A stretch of 64,000 bases of DNA. It comes from the human T2T-CHM13v2.0 reference genome, Homo sapiens. The translations under genes were made by a program, and so were the position numbers. The notes beneath the pieces are model-generated. The model worked only from the letters and a program-made list of their open reading frames with translations. It had not been told where the DNA came from and searched no databases. Each line of letters opens with the position of its first letter. Positions within the stretch are counted from its first letter, which is position 1. Below are positions 12,821-24,952 of the stretch, one piece after another. The stretch is from the NCBI RefSeq assembly GCF_009914755.1, contig NC_060928.1. One strand, given 5' to 3'.

Positions 12821-13537
12821 ATGGAGGAGACTAAGAGGAACTTAACACAGTGTTTCCTTGGGATCCTTGGGGCCATTCAACCATTTGTCCAAAGTGAGGA
12901 ACGGTCAATGAATAATGTGGAGAAAGGCCTGGGTTTTCCCTTCAGCTTTGTTACTCTTTGGATACATAGTCACATGAAAGTGATTTTACATCTTTTGGAT
13001 GCAAATTCATTATCTAAATACCATATTGGATTAAGTGATCTTTTAAGTTTCCTTGCAAAACTAAAACCTATTATTCTTACTGGAATTTGCATTGAGCAAA
13101 AATTAAAAAAATATTTATTGGAAGAGCTCAAAATTTATCATTCCCTGACTGATTGTTTTATTAAGATTGTTTTACCTTCAAGTGAAGCATCATTACATGA
13201 GCTAGAACATGTTTCCAGACTAGAAGTTCATGGCCTCAGTTGTCATATGTATTGGACAGACTTTCTGAGAATTTTGGACCAGCACATGAGCTCTCCAACA
13301 GTTAATCTTTTATTCAGGTATAGTTTCTTCTCTGGCTCCTCATTTATTTTTTGTAAGAGATGGAAAATCCTCTACCAGATCAACTGTCAGTTAAAATATT
13401 TAAGTCCATATTTAACTAAAACTATAGATAATCTACATTCTGAGTGTTTGCCAAAGAGTGTAATTTCAAACTCTTTGCTTTCCAATATCTATCAAAAGAT
13501 CTGCAGACAGAAACAATATATAGAAAAGATTGCTTGA
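12821..13537 (+). other. Orphan 238-aa open reading frame; coding status unknown
   Basis: ORF track; ATG in GGAATGG context; no recognisable domain; composition resembles translated AT-rich DNA. Confidence 0.2.
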
Positions 13538-14258
13538 AAGATGAAATCCATCCATTATTCCAGACACTTTAAAATCTACCCTTGGATTTGGACAAATCGG
13601 AAGACAGCTGCATACCTGGATGGTATTGTATTGACCCCTATGGGACTGCCTTTACTAAACTGTTGTTTTAGAGTGATGCCAACAATATTGTGAGACTTGT
13701 CATGTGTCTACTCTAAGAGTGTGGTTGAAGATGTAAGCCAGTATATTACATGGTGCTGGTTTTACGAGGACCATGGGGAGATATTTCTGTCGGATATTAG
13801 TAACAGCAATAATTTTGTTGTCCTAACAACTGTTCTGGTTTTATCTTATATACCTTGTAAATTGTGTAACTGACCAGGATTCTATTTTCCCACCGACTGT
13901 TAAAAAAAATCTTAGGACAGATTTTCAGCCTACCAGTAGCAAGTTTTTATGATAGGAATTTTTTTAGAGGTCTCATATCTGGCTGCTCTATCTTATGACC
14001 CTACCAATATTTTCTTTTCACTTTATTTCCCCTGCTTTTAATTCAAGTTGTCTCTTCATTTTATTTTTTCTTTTAATCTGACAAATTATTTCTGCACCTG
14101 GGTGAGGTATGTATTTGCTTATTTATGTGTTGTTTTTTCTCTGCCTTATTTCAAAAAGATTTAAAAGAGTTTAACAAAATTTATGCAATTATACTTAAAA
14201 TATATAAACCAGTAAATTGGAAAACAAGGTGAAAATTAAGGCGCATCTACTTGATTTC

Positions 14259-14512
14259 TATCTTAGTGTCTTTGGGTTGCTATAACAAAATACCTTAAAC
14301 TGGTAATTTATAAATAACAGGAATTTAGTGATCACACTTCTGGAGGTTGGGAAGTCCCAGATCAAGGCATAAGAAGATTCCTTCTCTGATGAGGGACTAT
14401 TTATCATACATGGCACCTACTATGTGTCCTCACATGGTAAAAGAAAAAAAGGGGGCAACAGGCTCCCTCAAGCCTCTTTTATAAGGGCACAAATCCCATT
14501 AGAATAGCTGTA
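14259..14512 (-). mobile_element. MaLR LTR fragment (MLT1A/MSTD-like)
   Basis: 'tatcttagtgtctttgggttgctataacaaaatacctta...ctggaggttgggaagtcccagatcaagg...cctcttttataagggcac'. Confidence 0.8.
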
Positions 14513-14949
14513 TTCATAGCTCATGTGCCTCCATTTGGAGGCCTCTTTATTAGGGGCCTTCAGCTAAGGTCTTCCTCAGGCATCTCTACTGAGACCTACT
14601 TTTAGAAGGAGGGTGGTACCTTGAAGACAATTTTCCCCACTCTCACTCAGTACTTTTCTACCCCTAGTTTTTCGTCTGCTTTACTCCCCTACCCAACCCA
14701 GGCCCGTAAAATGCAGGTGCCTTTTTTGGGAGGCTCTCTCTACAGGTATTTTACATTAAATGCAACAATGGAGAACCCAGTACTTTTACCTATTTATTTA
14801 GCCTCTTGTTACTATCACAGAAAGTAATTAAAGGCTTGATTATTACTTTAATTTTGGCTTGTTGTCTTAATTGGCTACCCTGAGCTCAGCTCTATCCGGC
14901 TGAACTCAGCTCTCGACAAACCCTTGATTTCATGTTTGGTCCCAAGAAG

Positions 14950-15397
14950 TATTTTACTTTGAGAATTTTTGCTAACTGAAGAGACTGGGACTGAGAGTCT
15001 GTTTTGTATTTTAGCTCAGCAAACCCTGGCCTTGTATATCTTTCTCTAATTATTCTTGCAGACTAAACAACTCTTTCTTCAGCTCATCTCTCTTTTCTTG
15101 TACCTTATCATATTCAACTAAGACAAGCTGCTTGGCACTTTCAATATTCTGTGTAAAGATGTCCTAACTGTAAAATGAAGAATAAGCCACAAGTTTATTG
15201 CATATATTTCCCATCTTTCAAATTACTGCAGGTGACAGTTTTGCAATTGTTCTGTGCTATATACCACAGGTCACTCATTCTCCAGCCTCTGAAAGTCCCT
15301 TTCCGTCTTGCTACCTAACACCAGCTGCTCAGTTCCAAAGCCAATGCTACATATTTAAAGTTCTATAAGACAGTCTCCTACTTCCAGTACAAATTTA
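14950..15397 (-). mobile_element. MLT1 internal (MaLR-int) fragment
   Basis: Ends 'ccaaagccaatgctacatattt...ctacttccagtacaaattt', the typical MaLR int/LTR boundary; left boundary uncertain. Confidence 0.6.
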
Positions 15398-16233
15398 CCT
15401 CTCAGTTAAATATGGCTGCCTAATACACTGTACCAAAACTTAGCAGCTTAAGTAATTAGAATTTATTATTTCTTTGGATTCTGTGGGTTGCTGGGTAGTT
15501 TCTTTTGTGCTCACTCATGTGACTGCATTTAGCTGCAGTTTGGTTGCATGAGAAGGTTCAAGATGGCCTCACTCATTGTATTAGTCCCTTCTCATCCTGC
15601 CAATAAAAGCATATCAGAGACTGGTAATTTATAATGGAAAGAGATTTAATTGACTCACAGTTCCACATGGCTTGGGAGGCCTCACAATTATGGCAGAAGG
15701 CAAGGAAGAGCAAAGTCACGTCTTACATGGTGTTAGGCAAGAGAGCTTGTTCAGGGGAGCTCCCATTTATAAAACAATCAGATCTCATGAGGTTTATTCA
15801 CTACCACGAGAACAGTATGGGGTAAACCACCCCCATGATTCAATTATCTCCACCTGGCCCCACCCTTGACATGTGGGGATTATTACAATTCAAGGTGAGA
15901 TTTGGGTGGGGACACAGCCAGACTATATCACTCATGTTCAGCAGTTGGTGCTATAAATCTGGGATGCCCCAGATCTTCTTCATATGGCCTTTTGTCCTCC
16001 AGTAGGCTAAACTGACCTCCTTCATGGAAGTTTCAGGGCAATTCCCAAGAAAAAGAAAGCAAAAACTTCAAGACCTCTTGAGGTTGAGCCTTTGGAATTT
16101 ATACAATGTCTTCATTGTGGTGGCTTACTAGGATGCAGTTCACAAGACCAACCCAGACTCAAGTGGCAGGGAAATGAAGGCCACCTCATTAAGAAGAGCT
16201 GCAAAATATTTGTGACCACATTTAACATGCCAT
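15398..16233 (-). mobile_element. MLT1-family LTR split by a THE1 insertion
   Basis: 'caaaacttagcagcttaa...ttcaagatggcctcactcat' resumes after THE1 as 'gttcagcagttggtgct...gagctgcaaaatatttgtgacc'. Confidence 0.75.
15577..15930 (-). mobile_element. THE1 (THE1C-like) solo LTR with 5-bp TSD
   Basis: tgtattagt...gggtggggacacagccagactatatca, 354 bp, flanked by CTCAT at 15572-15576 and 15931-15935. Confidence 0.93.
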
Positions 16234-18814
16234 ATTCATGACCGTATTTAACACACAATATTTCTCACAAAAATAGGAGGATTTTGGTCCTGACCAGGTA
16301 TGTGCCCCAAAGAACTTGCTTCCTATGTGGTGATAGCTACCCTACCAAAAGTTGCTCCAGTCTGCTTCTCCTGGTTCAGTTCTTGAAATCTTGCTTCCAT
16401 CCCTGGATTTTGAACCTTAGCTCTGGTCTTTTTTGCACAGGATTCCTACTACCTTTTTATTTTGCCTCTCTATGTAGTACCTTCTTGTTGATGGCTTATT
16501 ATTTTGTCTGTCTCATTGACAGTTTTCTTATGGAATGCTGAATCTTCAACTGAATGCACTGATATCCATAGACCAGTGGGTTTCTATGCCAGTCCAGTGT
16601 CTTGAAAATCCTGTCTATATATTACCACCCATTCCCAGATTTGTCAGAGTTGAGTCACTCACTGCCTGGTCTTTCAAGAATGTGCCCTGATAACTCACGA
16701 TTTACAATGTTTTTAGTTCTTGGTTCCAACAACTCAGAAGAAAACAAAGCCTTATTTTTAGTAGAGCATAACTTTTGTTCTATTGTAAATGATAACCATT
16801 TTTCTTGGCAATAACTTGAAGAAAGATCTATTAAAATATCTATATTTTAATACATTGTGAAAACACAGATTTCATGTAAAGGGGTGGCATAGACTTTAAA
16901 GAAAAACACCAAAATCTAGGAAAATCAGAAAACAAATATGGCATGAGTACAACTAATGTTATAAAAGACAATAACATAGTATGAAGGACGCTCATTTATA
17001 CAATACTTAAATTTTAAACATAATCTTTCCAAATTCATGCTATCAAGGAAACAAACTATTGGTATTAATTCATCAATATTTTATGCCTCTACAAAAATTA
17101 TAATGAATAAACTGAGAGGATTCATGGAGGTGAGAGAACCTAGGTAAAATTAATTGCTTCCATCATAGTATAAATAGAAAAGGGCTCCGTATAAGCACTG
17201 AGACTTCTGAGGGAGGAAAAAGTCATTTTATAAGAGCTGAAAACATCTGAAGAAAGAGTTACCATGGCTTATGCTGGCCTAGATTAAGCCCAAAGCAAAC
17301 CTTCCAACTGTTGTTGAATTACAAGTTTAAAAATCTTCAGAAAGTTTCCTTTAAGTACATATCTTAACAAAATTTGAGTTTTTATGAAAAAGTTAGAAGT
17401 TAAGAAACTACTTTCCTGTAATATAATTTAAGGACAAATACTAAATGTAATATTTAAATAAACATTGTAGTGTTTTGATGGAGACATACTGATGAATTAA
17501 ACCTACTTACTCACATTTTTAGTTATTCAGCACAAATATAAGATTATAAGTATTAATATACAGTAGTGTCTATGATGATTATGTTCCTTTCAAAATGCTC
17601 TCACAATATTATACTAATTATACAAATCCATTTACACAAAAACTTAGCAAATAAATTATTGATATGTTATTTGCTTGATATTATATATTTCAGAGCTAAT
17701 AAAACTCACTTTAATTTTGTTCATTTAAGATATATACTTTCCCATTGCTTCACATGTGGTATTAACTAAAAAATTATTTACATAAGTTTTATTTTCAGGT
17801 ACATATCAATGTCTTCTTCATTTCCCTATCACACACACGTTTATTTTATTTTACATAGAAACATAATCAACCTACCATTATACATTTGGGTTTTTTAGAG
17901 TTTTTTCAGCAGATTATGACAGTATTACCTCACACTCAACACATTTGTAGGATTGAATATCAGGCTGGGACTTTAAATGTTTATTATTACTGTGGTTATC
18001 TGATACAACAGTGAGTAAGAGTGTTGGATTACTTTTTGCTCCATGTTTATGATCTTCCATTGAACCTACAATGCTTAGAATTAACCACATTCAGCCAAGT
18101 ATCTCTAAATAGACATAGAACTAAATGAAACATAACTATTTGTTAAGCAAAAAAGAAAAAAGGAAAGTCCCAGTAACAAGCAATATCCAACTTGAGCCTA
18201 CTTGTGCATTGTCATATGGTCATCTCACTCCTTATAAGGCAGGTCTCCTCTATGACCTTGAATTGGGGTAGAAAAAGTGGTTAGAGATCCCTTTTGAAAT
18301 TGCCACCTGCAGAAGGATGGGAAAAGCTGAATGATTTTTTTCCATCATCTCTCCCTCTCCTTTATATGCATTTCAGTAAAAATTTATAGTAGATTAGGAC
18401 TACTAGTTTTCTTTATTTATGCTACAACTTAATATCTGGAAAGAATTTTTCTATAAACTGTTTTCAGGAATGTGTTGATTATACTGACAAAATACTATGT
18501 AATTTAAAAGTAATTGAAATCTATATATGAGAGAGAGAGAATAAGTGAGGGAGGTAGGTAGGTAGATAAATTCATAACAAATAGGAAGATAGATTGGTAT
18601 TTTGCAGGACAGTAGAACATTATAAAGATAAGACTTAGAAATTCAATACTGGAAGTATCATTATAAAAAAAATGTTCAGGAAAAGGTTCATATTCAGTCA
18701 GTTTTACCCTTAGTCATTTTTTTTTTCCATTCACAAAGCAGGAAATGATGTTCTTTCTGTAGTCCTGGAAACTATGCATAAAATTGCAGGTCCAAGAAAG
18801 TGTCAATTGCTAGC

Positions 18815-18950
18815 TCCCTTCCCACTAACTCACCCATAACCTCTGGGAACCCTCTTAACCTCATCTGTAAAATGAGGCGAATAACCTTGACCTGTTTTAT
18901 TGGCTGTTGGGAGGTTTGGCAGTAAATGTTTGAAAAGCACTTTAAAAACA
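18815..18950 (+). mobile_element. MIR fragment
   Basis: 'cctcatctgtaaaatgagg...gctgttgggaggttt...aaaagcacttt'. Confidence 0.6.
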
Positions 18951-19544
18951 CACGCAGATGAAAAATTAAAAAAAAAGGTCATTTAGGTGACAGCAGAAAT
19001 GCATACAGTTTTTGAGGTGTACCAAGTTAAACAAGTGTGCACCTGAGACCCCTGAGTAAGAGACATGTGGTGAGTGATTCATGTTCTGTCTGTCTTCAGT
19101 GGTAACTGCTTGTCGTTGAAGCACTAGATAAGACAACATCAATAGAAAAAGGCTGTTTGACTATTCCCAGAGAACTGTAATTTCATTATTAGGGGCTCTA
19201 AGCAAAAATTTAGCACTGTAAACACTTTCAAAAAATATAAATGCAAAGAGAGCTAAGGTGGAAAGGGAAAGATCTCAGAGACAAAAACACTGCATTTTTC
19301 CATATAAATGGGAGGGTTTGAGAGTTGCTTGAAAGTCAGAATGATGAGTATCAGCATGGTTCATTAAGAAGGAAACAATGCAAGAAAAAATACACCTGGC
19401 ATGGAGCCCTTTACTCAAATCAAGAATGGCTAATTGAAGCAAGTGTATTCACTGAGGGCAGAGATAGGCAGAGATGCCCTTTAGCATGCCTTGTAATTTT
19501 CTGTTGAAAGTTGGGCATGGTGTATCAGGAAAAAGGAACTGAGG

Positions 19545-20590
19545 TAGTTAGGCCTTTAGTGTGAGGTCGATGGTGATCTGGTTAAAATTTAGACTCTGTT
19601 TTCTATTTGCTGTCATCATGGTGTCATAGGCTAAAATTTCCTCTGATGTCCTTGTTTTGTCTCTTTTGTTGTCCTTGGGTTTCCCTAGAGACTCCTTAAC
19701 TAGAGATTGAGGCTTATAGTTCTTTTAACTTTAATCATTTACGATTCTACAGGAGTTTTATTAATGTGGTAAGGCATGGCGGGGGGAGGGAAACAGTCTA
19801 TAATTCTCTGATTAGATCTCAGTCTTAGTTTTTACCCAGTACCTAAGATGGGTATTTCATTTGCTTCACATTGAAGGCTAGAAGGAGCTACAATTGGGTA
19901 TTTCCTTTTCCTCCAGGGTGCTAATTTTCAGTGTCAACTTGACTAGATTGAGGGATTCCTAGATAGCTAGTAAAAGGTTATTTCTGGGTGTGTCTGTGAG
20001 GGTGTTTCTGGAAGAGATTAGCATTTGATTCAGTAGATGAGTAGAGAAGATCCACTCTCACCAATGTGAATGGCCATCCAATCCCTTGAGAGCTCAAATA
20101 GAACAAAAAGGCAGAGGAAGGGCAAATTTTCTCTCTCCTAGAGCTGGGATAGCTACCTTCTCCTGCTCTTGGACATCAGAGCCCCAGACTGCCAGGCCTT
20201 TGGACTTCGGAACTTACACCAGCAGCCCATCTTCCCCAGGTTCTCAGAGTTACAAGTCTGCTTCTCAGGCCTTTGGACTCAAACTGAATTATACAACCAG
20301 TTTCTTTGATGGTGCAGCTTGCAGACAGCATATTGTGGGACTTCTTGGCCTCCATAATTGTGTGAAGCAATTACTCTAATAAATCCCCTGGAGAACCCTG
20401 ACTAATACATCAGATCATCTAGTCTTTGGTAAAAAGACTCCAGTTGGTTAGGCTCTGGTAAAATAGTTTCTCTTGAGTGTAAGCTTTGTTAAGAAGAATA
20501 GGAAGTTCTGAACGTATTTCAAAATGGTTACTTTTCCCCTCTCCCTGCTAGAGTTAGGAGGGGAATTTTCTCCGATATTTAGGCTGTAAG
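19545..20590 (-). mobile_element. Old L1M 5'-region fragment (L1MC/MD-like) interrupted by MLT2
   Basis: 'tttcctctgatgtccttgttttgtctc...gggtttccctagagact' and 'ttcaaaatggttacttttcccctctccctgc' flank the LTR. Confidence 0.5.
19917..20409 (+). mobile_element. MLT2B-like ERVL solo LTR
   Basis: 'gtgtcaacttgactagattgaggga...tttctgggtgtgtctgtgagggtgtttctggaagagattagc...ctggagaaccctgactaataca'. Confidence 0.88.
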
Positions 20591-20833
20591 GTCTTGTATT
20601 AACTTTCCTCAATTTGTAAACTTACAATTTGGTAAAGCAGAAATAATTCTATAAACATTTATGATATTTTTAAAGTTTCTTTTTGATAATAATTCTCTTA
20701 ACTATTAGATGGAAAGTCCATATTAATTAAAATCCATGACCCTCTTGAAAGAGAGAGGGTCATATAAGTCACAAATTACGGTTTAATGGGAAAAGCAAGG
20801 ATACTCCAAATAGCTTAGACATTCTATTCTATA

Positions 20834-21198
20834 AAAATGCTCTGTGATTTAGGAGGGGTTACATCCCAATAAATGCATTGCAAGGTAAAAATATTATAAG
20901 GTAAAATGGGCATTTTGTAGACATGATGAGATGCAAAATCACAAAAAACAGTAACCCAAGAATGTGGCACACAATGCGTGTAAACTATTGCTTGTTTACT
21001 CTCATGATGACATGGCTGGCTGGGAGCTTCACCTTTCTACTGCGGCCCAGCATCTTCAGAGAGTGTTGTACTGCATATTGCTAGCCCAGGAAAAGATGAA
21101 AATTCAAAGTAGGGATCCTACTGAATGCATATCACTTTTGCAACATCATAGAGTCAAAAAATCCTAAATCAAACCATCATTAAGTCAGGGACTGTCTG
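20834..21198. mobile_element. Tigger4b/MER46-like (TcMar-Tigger) non-autonomous transposon
   Basis: 'ggggttacatcccaataaa...gctagcccaggaaaagatgaaaattcaaag...taagtcagggactgtctg', followed by TA. Confidence 0.8.
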
Positions 21199-23071
21199 TA
21201 GATCATCTAAATGGTATTCATGATTTAGTTTTGGATAACAAAGGACAATTTTAAACAGTCTTTCTTCAATTAAAAAGTAGAACCATTTCGAGATACTAGA
21301 GATTGATATTTTAGTTTTAGAAATTTGAAGCATTATTCTTCCAAGTCTCTATCTGTAAAAATATAAAATAGAGAGAGATCAACTTTAAGCTCTTGTCTAT
21401 ATAATTCCCTTACAGATAAAAAAAAAATCACAGGAGTTTTTAGTTGTTGGTTGTTAAATATATTATGTAAAGTAGAATCCTTTGCTTTTTTAATTAGATT
21501 ATTTTATGATGTTACACAATTTGGAATTAGTGAAGACCAAGAGTTATTTAAATTATAACTTAGGGAAATCGGTTCTCTGTGTAAGCATTAAAAAAAAGAA
21601 CTAATAATAAGGTAGAAATCTGTGTAAAGATAAATGTTAAAGGAAACACATTTTCTTTAAGGCGATACTAAATCCAATTATAGTCTGACAGCCCTTTCAT
21701 AGGAAGAACATTGCATTAAAATATTTGGACCTCCAAACATAATGTATAATACAGTAAAACTAGTTTTTAGTATCTAATAAAAATATGCAGCTGTTTAAAT
21801 TATAGGGTTTTTCTCATGTGTTCAGCATTTCCTTCTTATTATTGTCTTTTCAGTAGATTATTAGCCCAAATAGTTATTACTAAATTTATTCTTCTTTTTC
21901 TAATAAAATAAGTCTCAAATCATCAGATACATATAATATTGCATTATGTAAATTATAACAGGAGGATAAGTGTTAATTTTTTCCAAATTATGCATCAATA
22001 AGGCATGCAATATGTGCTCAGCAGTTCTGCAAATAGAAGTATACAACCAAGTTATGGCAAATTAAAAGGCTGTGGCAGCAATGCAGGGGCTAGTGGAAGG
22101 GTGAGAGATGTGTTCTACTGAGGGTGTTTACTCCGGTTTAATTCATTTTGATTGTGAATGGTGTATGCAGAAGCAGAGTAGTACCTGACTTCCAAAAATT
22201 ATAAGCTGCATGTTGACAGTTGCCTACTTTGCATTTGTCACTCAAGCTCTTTTTTCTACTGCTATGAATTAGACGTTATAGAACCATACAAAAAGCGACC
22301 TGATTCTTTAAAAGCACCACAGTTAAGAAAATATCTACATCTTGCTTTTGTAAACATGCATTTTGCCTTTGCTTTTTGCATCATATTTAACAAAGGTCTA
22401 TGATGTCTCAAAATTTTCTCTCTTAATATTGAAAAGTTAATTAGAAGTGGAGGAATGGGATGAAGCTTTTCTAATAACAAGTCAAATTCATTTGAACAGT
22501 AAAAATAATTGCTGTAAGAAATTAAGGTGCAAGCACATGCCTGCTGTAATTGGTGCGTACTTATTAGGAGCTCTTCTTTTGCAACCTCTCTCGGTATTTG
22601 GGGCCCATGATAATGTGAATACTTAAGGGAAAAGTGTGATTAGGGATGGTGTCGTTCATTCAGTAAACATTTCTTAGTGTTTGATGTGACTGAACTGCGC
22701 GTCACATATGATTTTACACTTTTATCCTTTCAGGCAACTGACAGGTCTCTAATCTCCATCTCAGAACCTTCACTCAGCTTGAACTTTGGCTCATAAAGGT
22801 CATTTTTGAACCACTTGGGACAAAAAGCCACGTCCATGAAATCCCACAGAGTCGATAGATGCAATAATAGCTTTAGGCACATTTTCTTAAGACCCAAGGG
22901 GAAAGACAATTTCAATAAATGTAAAACTATGCCATCTACAATCCACACGATATCTTAGCAAATCTCATAGGAATAAATCTTCTCTTTTCCTCCAGGCAAG
23001 AACCTCCTTAACAATAATGATGCAAGATCTTATTAAGAGTATAAGATACTAACTATGCCAAAACAAAACGC

Positions 23072-23072
<1 letters not shown>

Positions 23073-23112
<40 letters not shown>
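23073..23112. repeat. (AC)20 microsatellite
   Basis: Direct reading. Confidence 0.95.
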
Positions 23113-23115
<3 letters not shown>

Positions 23116-24406
23116 CCTCAAACACAAAAAGAATATTCATAATTTGATATATTGTACTTATCTTTCAATAGCTTGTAAATCATGTTCTGAATATTTAGAC
23201 CTCAAATTGTGAAAAGGGCTATAAATGTATGAAAATGGACCAAGTTAATAATTGGAAAATGACTTAGGTATATCATTCAATTATGGAATGATTTAAATGT
23301 AGTTTCTTTTTTTCTTTCAAATCTTAGTCTCCAGCTTGTCTTAAAAAAGACAAAAAGCAAAAAACTCACAGGTTAGATATGTCAGGATAATTAACAGAAA
23401 GATCCTCAGCAGCAGATGTCTGAGATAAGTAGTAAAGGGCATTCTCTTCCCTTGACATGCCATCAAAGGGAAAACAACGACTATTTAAATGAAAGAAGTG
23501 AAAATTATATGGGTTTATGCTATAATTTAAATAATTAACAAAGATATTTTAAAATCATGATTTAATCTAGAGAACAATTGAGACTTCATGACAATTTTAA
23601 TATTAATTTTCTTTGATTGCCACAAATTTTAGCATTGTCTTTGATTTTTTTCTTTCCTTGATAAATTTCATGATGCAAAGGAATGCTTCTTGAAAGTAAT
23701 GTATCCCCTCCAGCAAAATATTTTACTCAATTTGCCTCAGAGAATTTTGCTGGCAAAAAAAAAAAATAAGAAAAAAATGCTCCAGAAAAACTTCAAATTC
23801 AACAGCTTAAAAGTATTTTTAAAAATAATCTTTTCAAATAAAATTGTTCAGTAGGTCAAAATGAATCTGAAACTCAAATTTTTATTTTAATGTTATCTTA
23901 ATATTCTAATTGTGTGCCTTTCCCCTCTTTTTCATTTATTTCAAATAGCGTGAATGCAACCAATCATAAATCCATCCTTCAAAATAGATATGTTAGGAAA
24001 GCTTTCCTTATTTACTTTTAAAAGGTCTCCTGAATCGTAACTGGTGCCAACAGAGAAATTCTTCTAAAGGTAGTTTACTCTACTCTTAACCAGAAAGTGA
24101 TGGAGGCCAGTGCGAATAACATTCACCTGATTCTGTAAAACTCATAATAAGAAATAATGAAGCATCTGGCAGATAGGGAAAGGTCCAAGAAGAAACATTT
24201 TGAACGGAAAGTATATCAGTCCCTTTGGCAAAGACTTACTGGTTGGCAAAGACTGTTGTTGCTTCAGGAAACCCTTGCCTGTCATTTTCAGAGTAAGAAT
24301 ATATATTTTTCCATGCATTCAGTGTTGTCTTCAGAGTGGAATTAGTTCTTAGGACCAATAGTAAAGCATGTTCTTGGTTCCTTTTTCCCTCAGAAGTAGT
24401 TTAGAG

Positions 24407-24952
24407 TAGTGGTTCTCAAACTTTGCTGTTTATTAGAATCACCAAGTATCTTAGACCACTTGTGCTGCTATAACAAATACGTCAGACTGGGTAATTTATA
24501 AAGAACATAAATTTATTTTCTCATATTTCTGGAGGCTGAGAAGTCAAAGATCAAGGCATTGGTAGGTTTGGTTCTCTGGGGAAAACTACTCTCTGCTTCC
24601 AAGATGGCCTCTTCAGGAATTCTGAATCCTCAAATGCCTGAAGCCAGGTGGAAAAGTTCACAAAACATGGAATGAAGCCTCTTTTATAAGGGCTTTAATC
24701 TCATTCACAAGGGGAGAAGCCCTAAAGGCCTAATCACCTCTTAAAATGCCAACTCTTAATACCATAAAGTTGGCCATTAAGTTTCAACACCTGAATTTTG
24801 GAGGGGACACATTCAAATCATTGCACCAGATCAGCTATTAAAAAATCCCCATGCCAATTAAATCAGAATCTCTGGGGCTGAGACCCACGCACCAGTAGCA
24901 TCTAGAGCACCCCAGATGATTCCACTGTGTAGCCAAATTTTAGAACCAATGA
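24407..24952. mobile_element. MER5A (hAT-Charlie) split by an MST LTR
   Basis: 'agtggttctcaaactttgctg...tagaatcacc' and 'ccaattaaatcagaatctctgggg...ccccagatgattcc...ttagaaccaatg'. Confidence 0.8.
24447..24825 (-). mobile_element. MST-family (MSTC-like) MaLR solo LTR
   Basis: tatcttag...gtttcaacacctgaattttggaggggacacattcaaatcattgca; degenerate TSD ccaag/ccaga. Confidence 0.85.

Noticed and set aside
24225-24254. 12-bp direct repeat ttggcaaagact with a 6-nt spacer
   Set aside because: Only two units; an ordinary small tandem duplication, not an array
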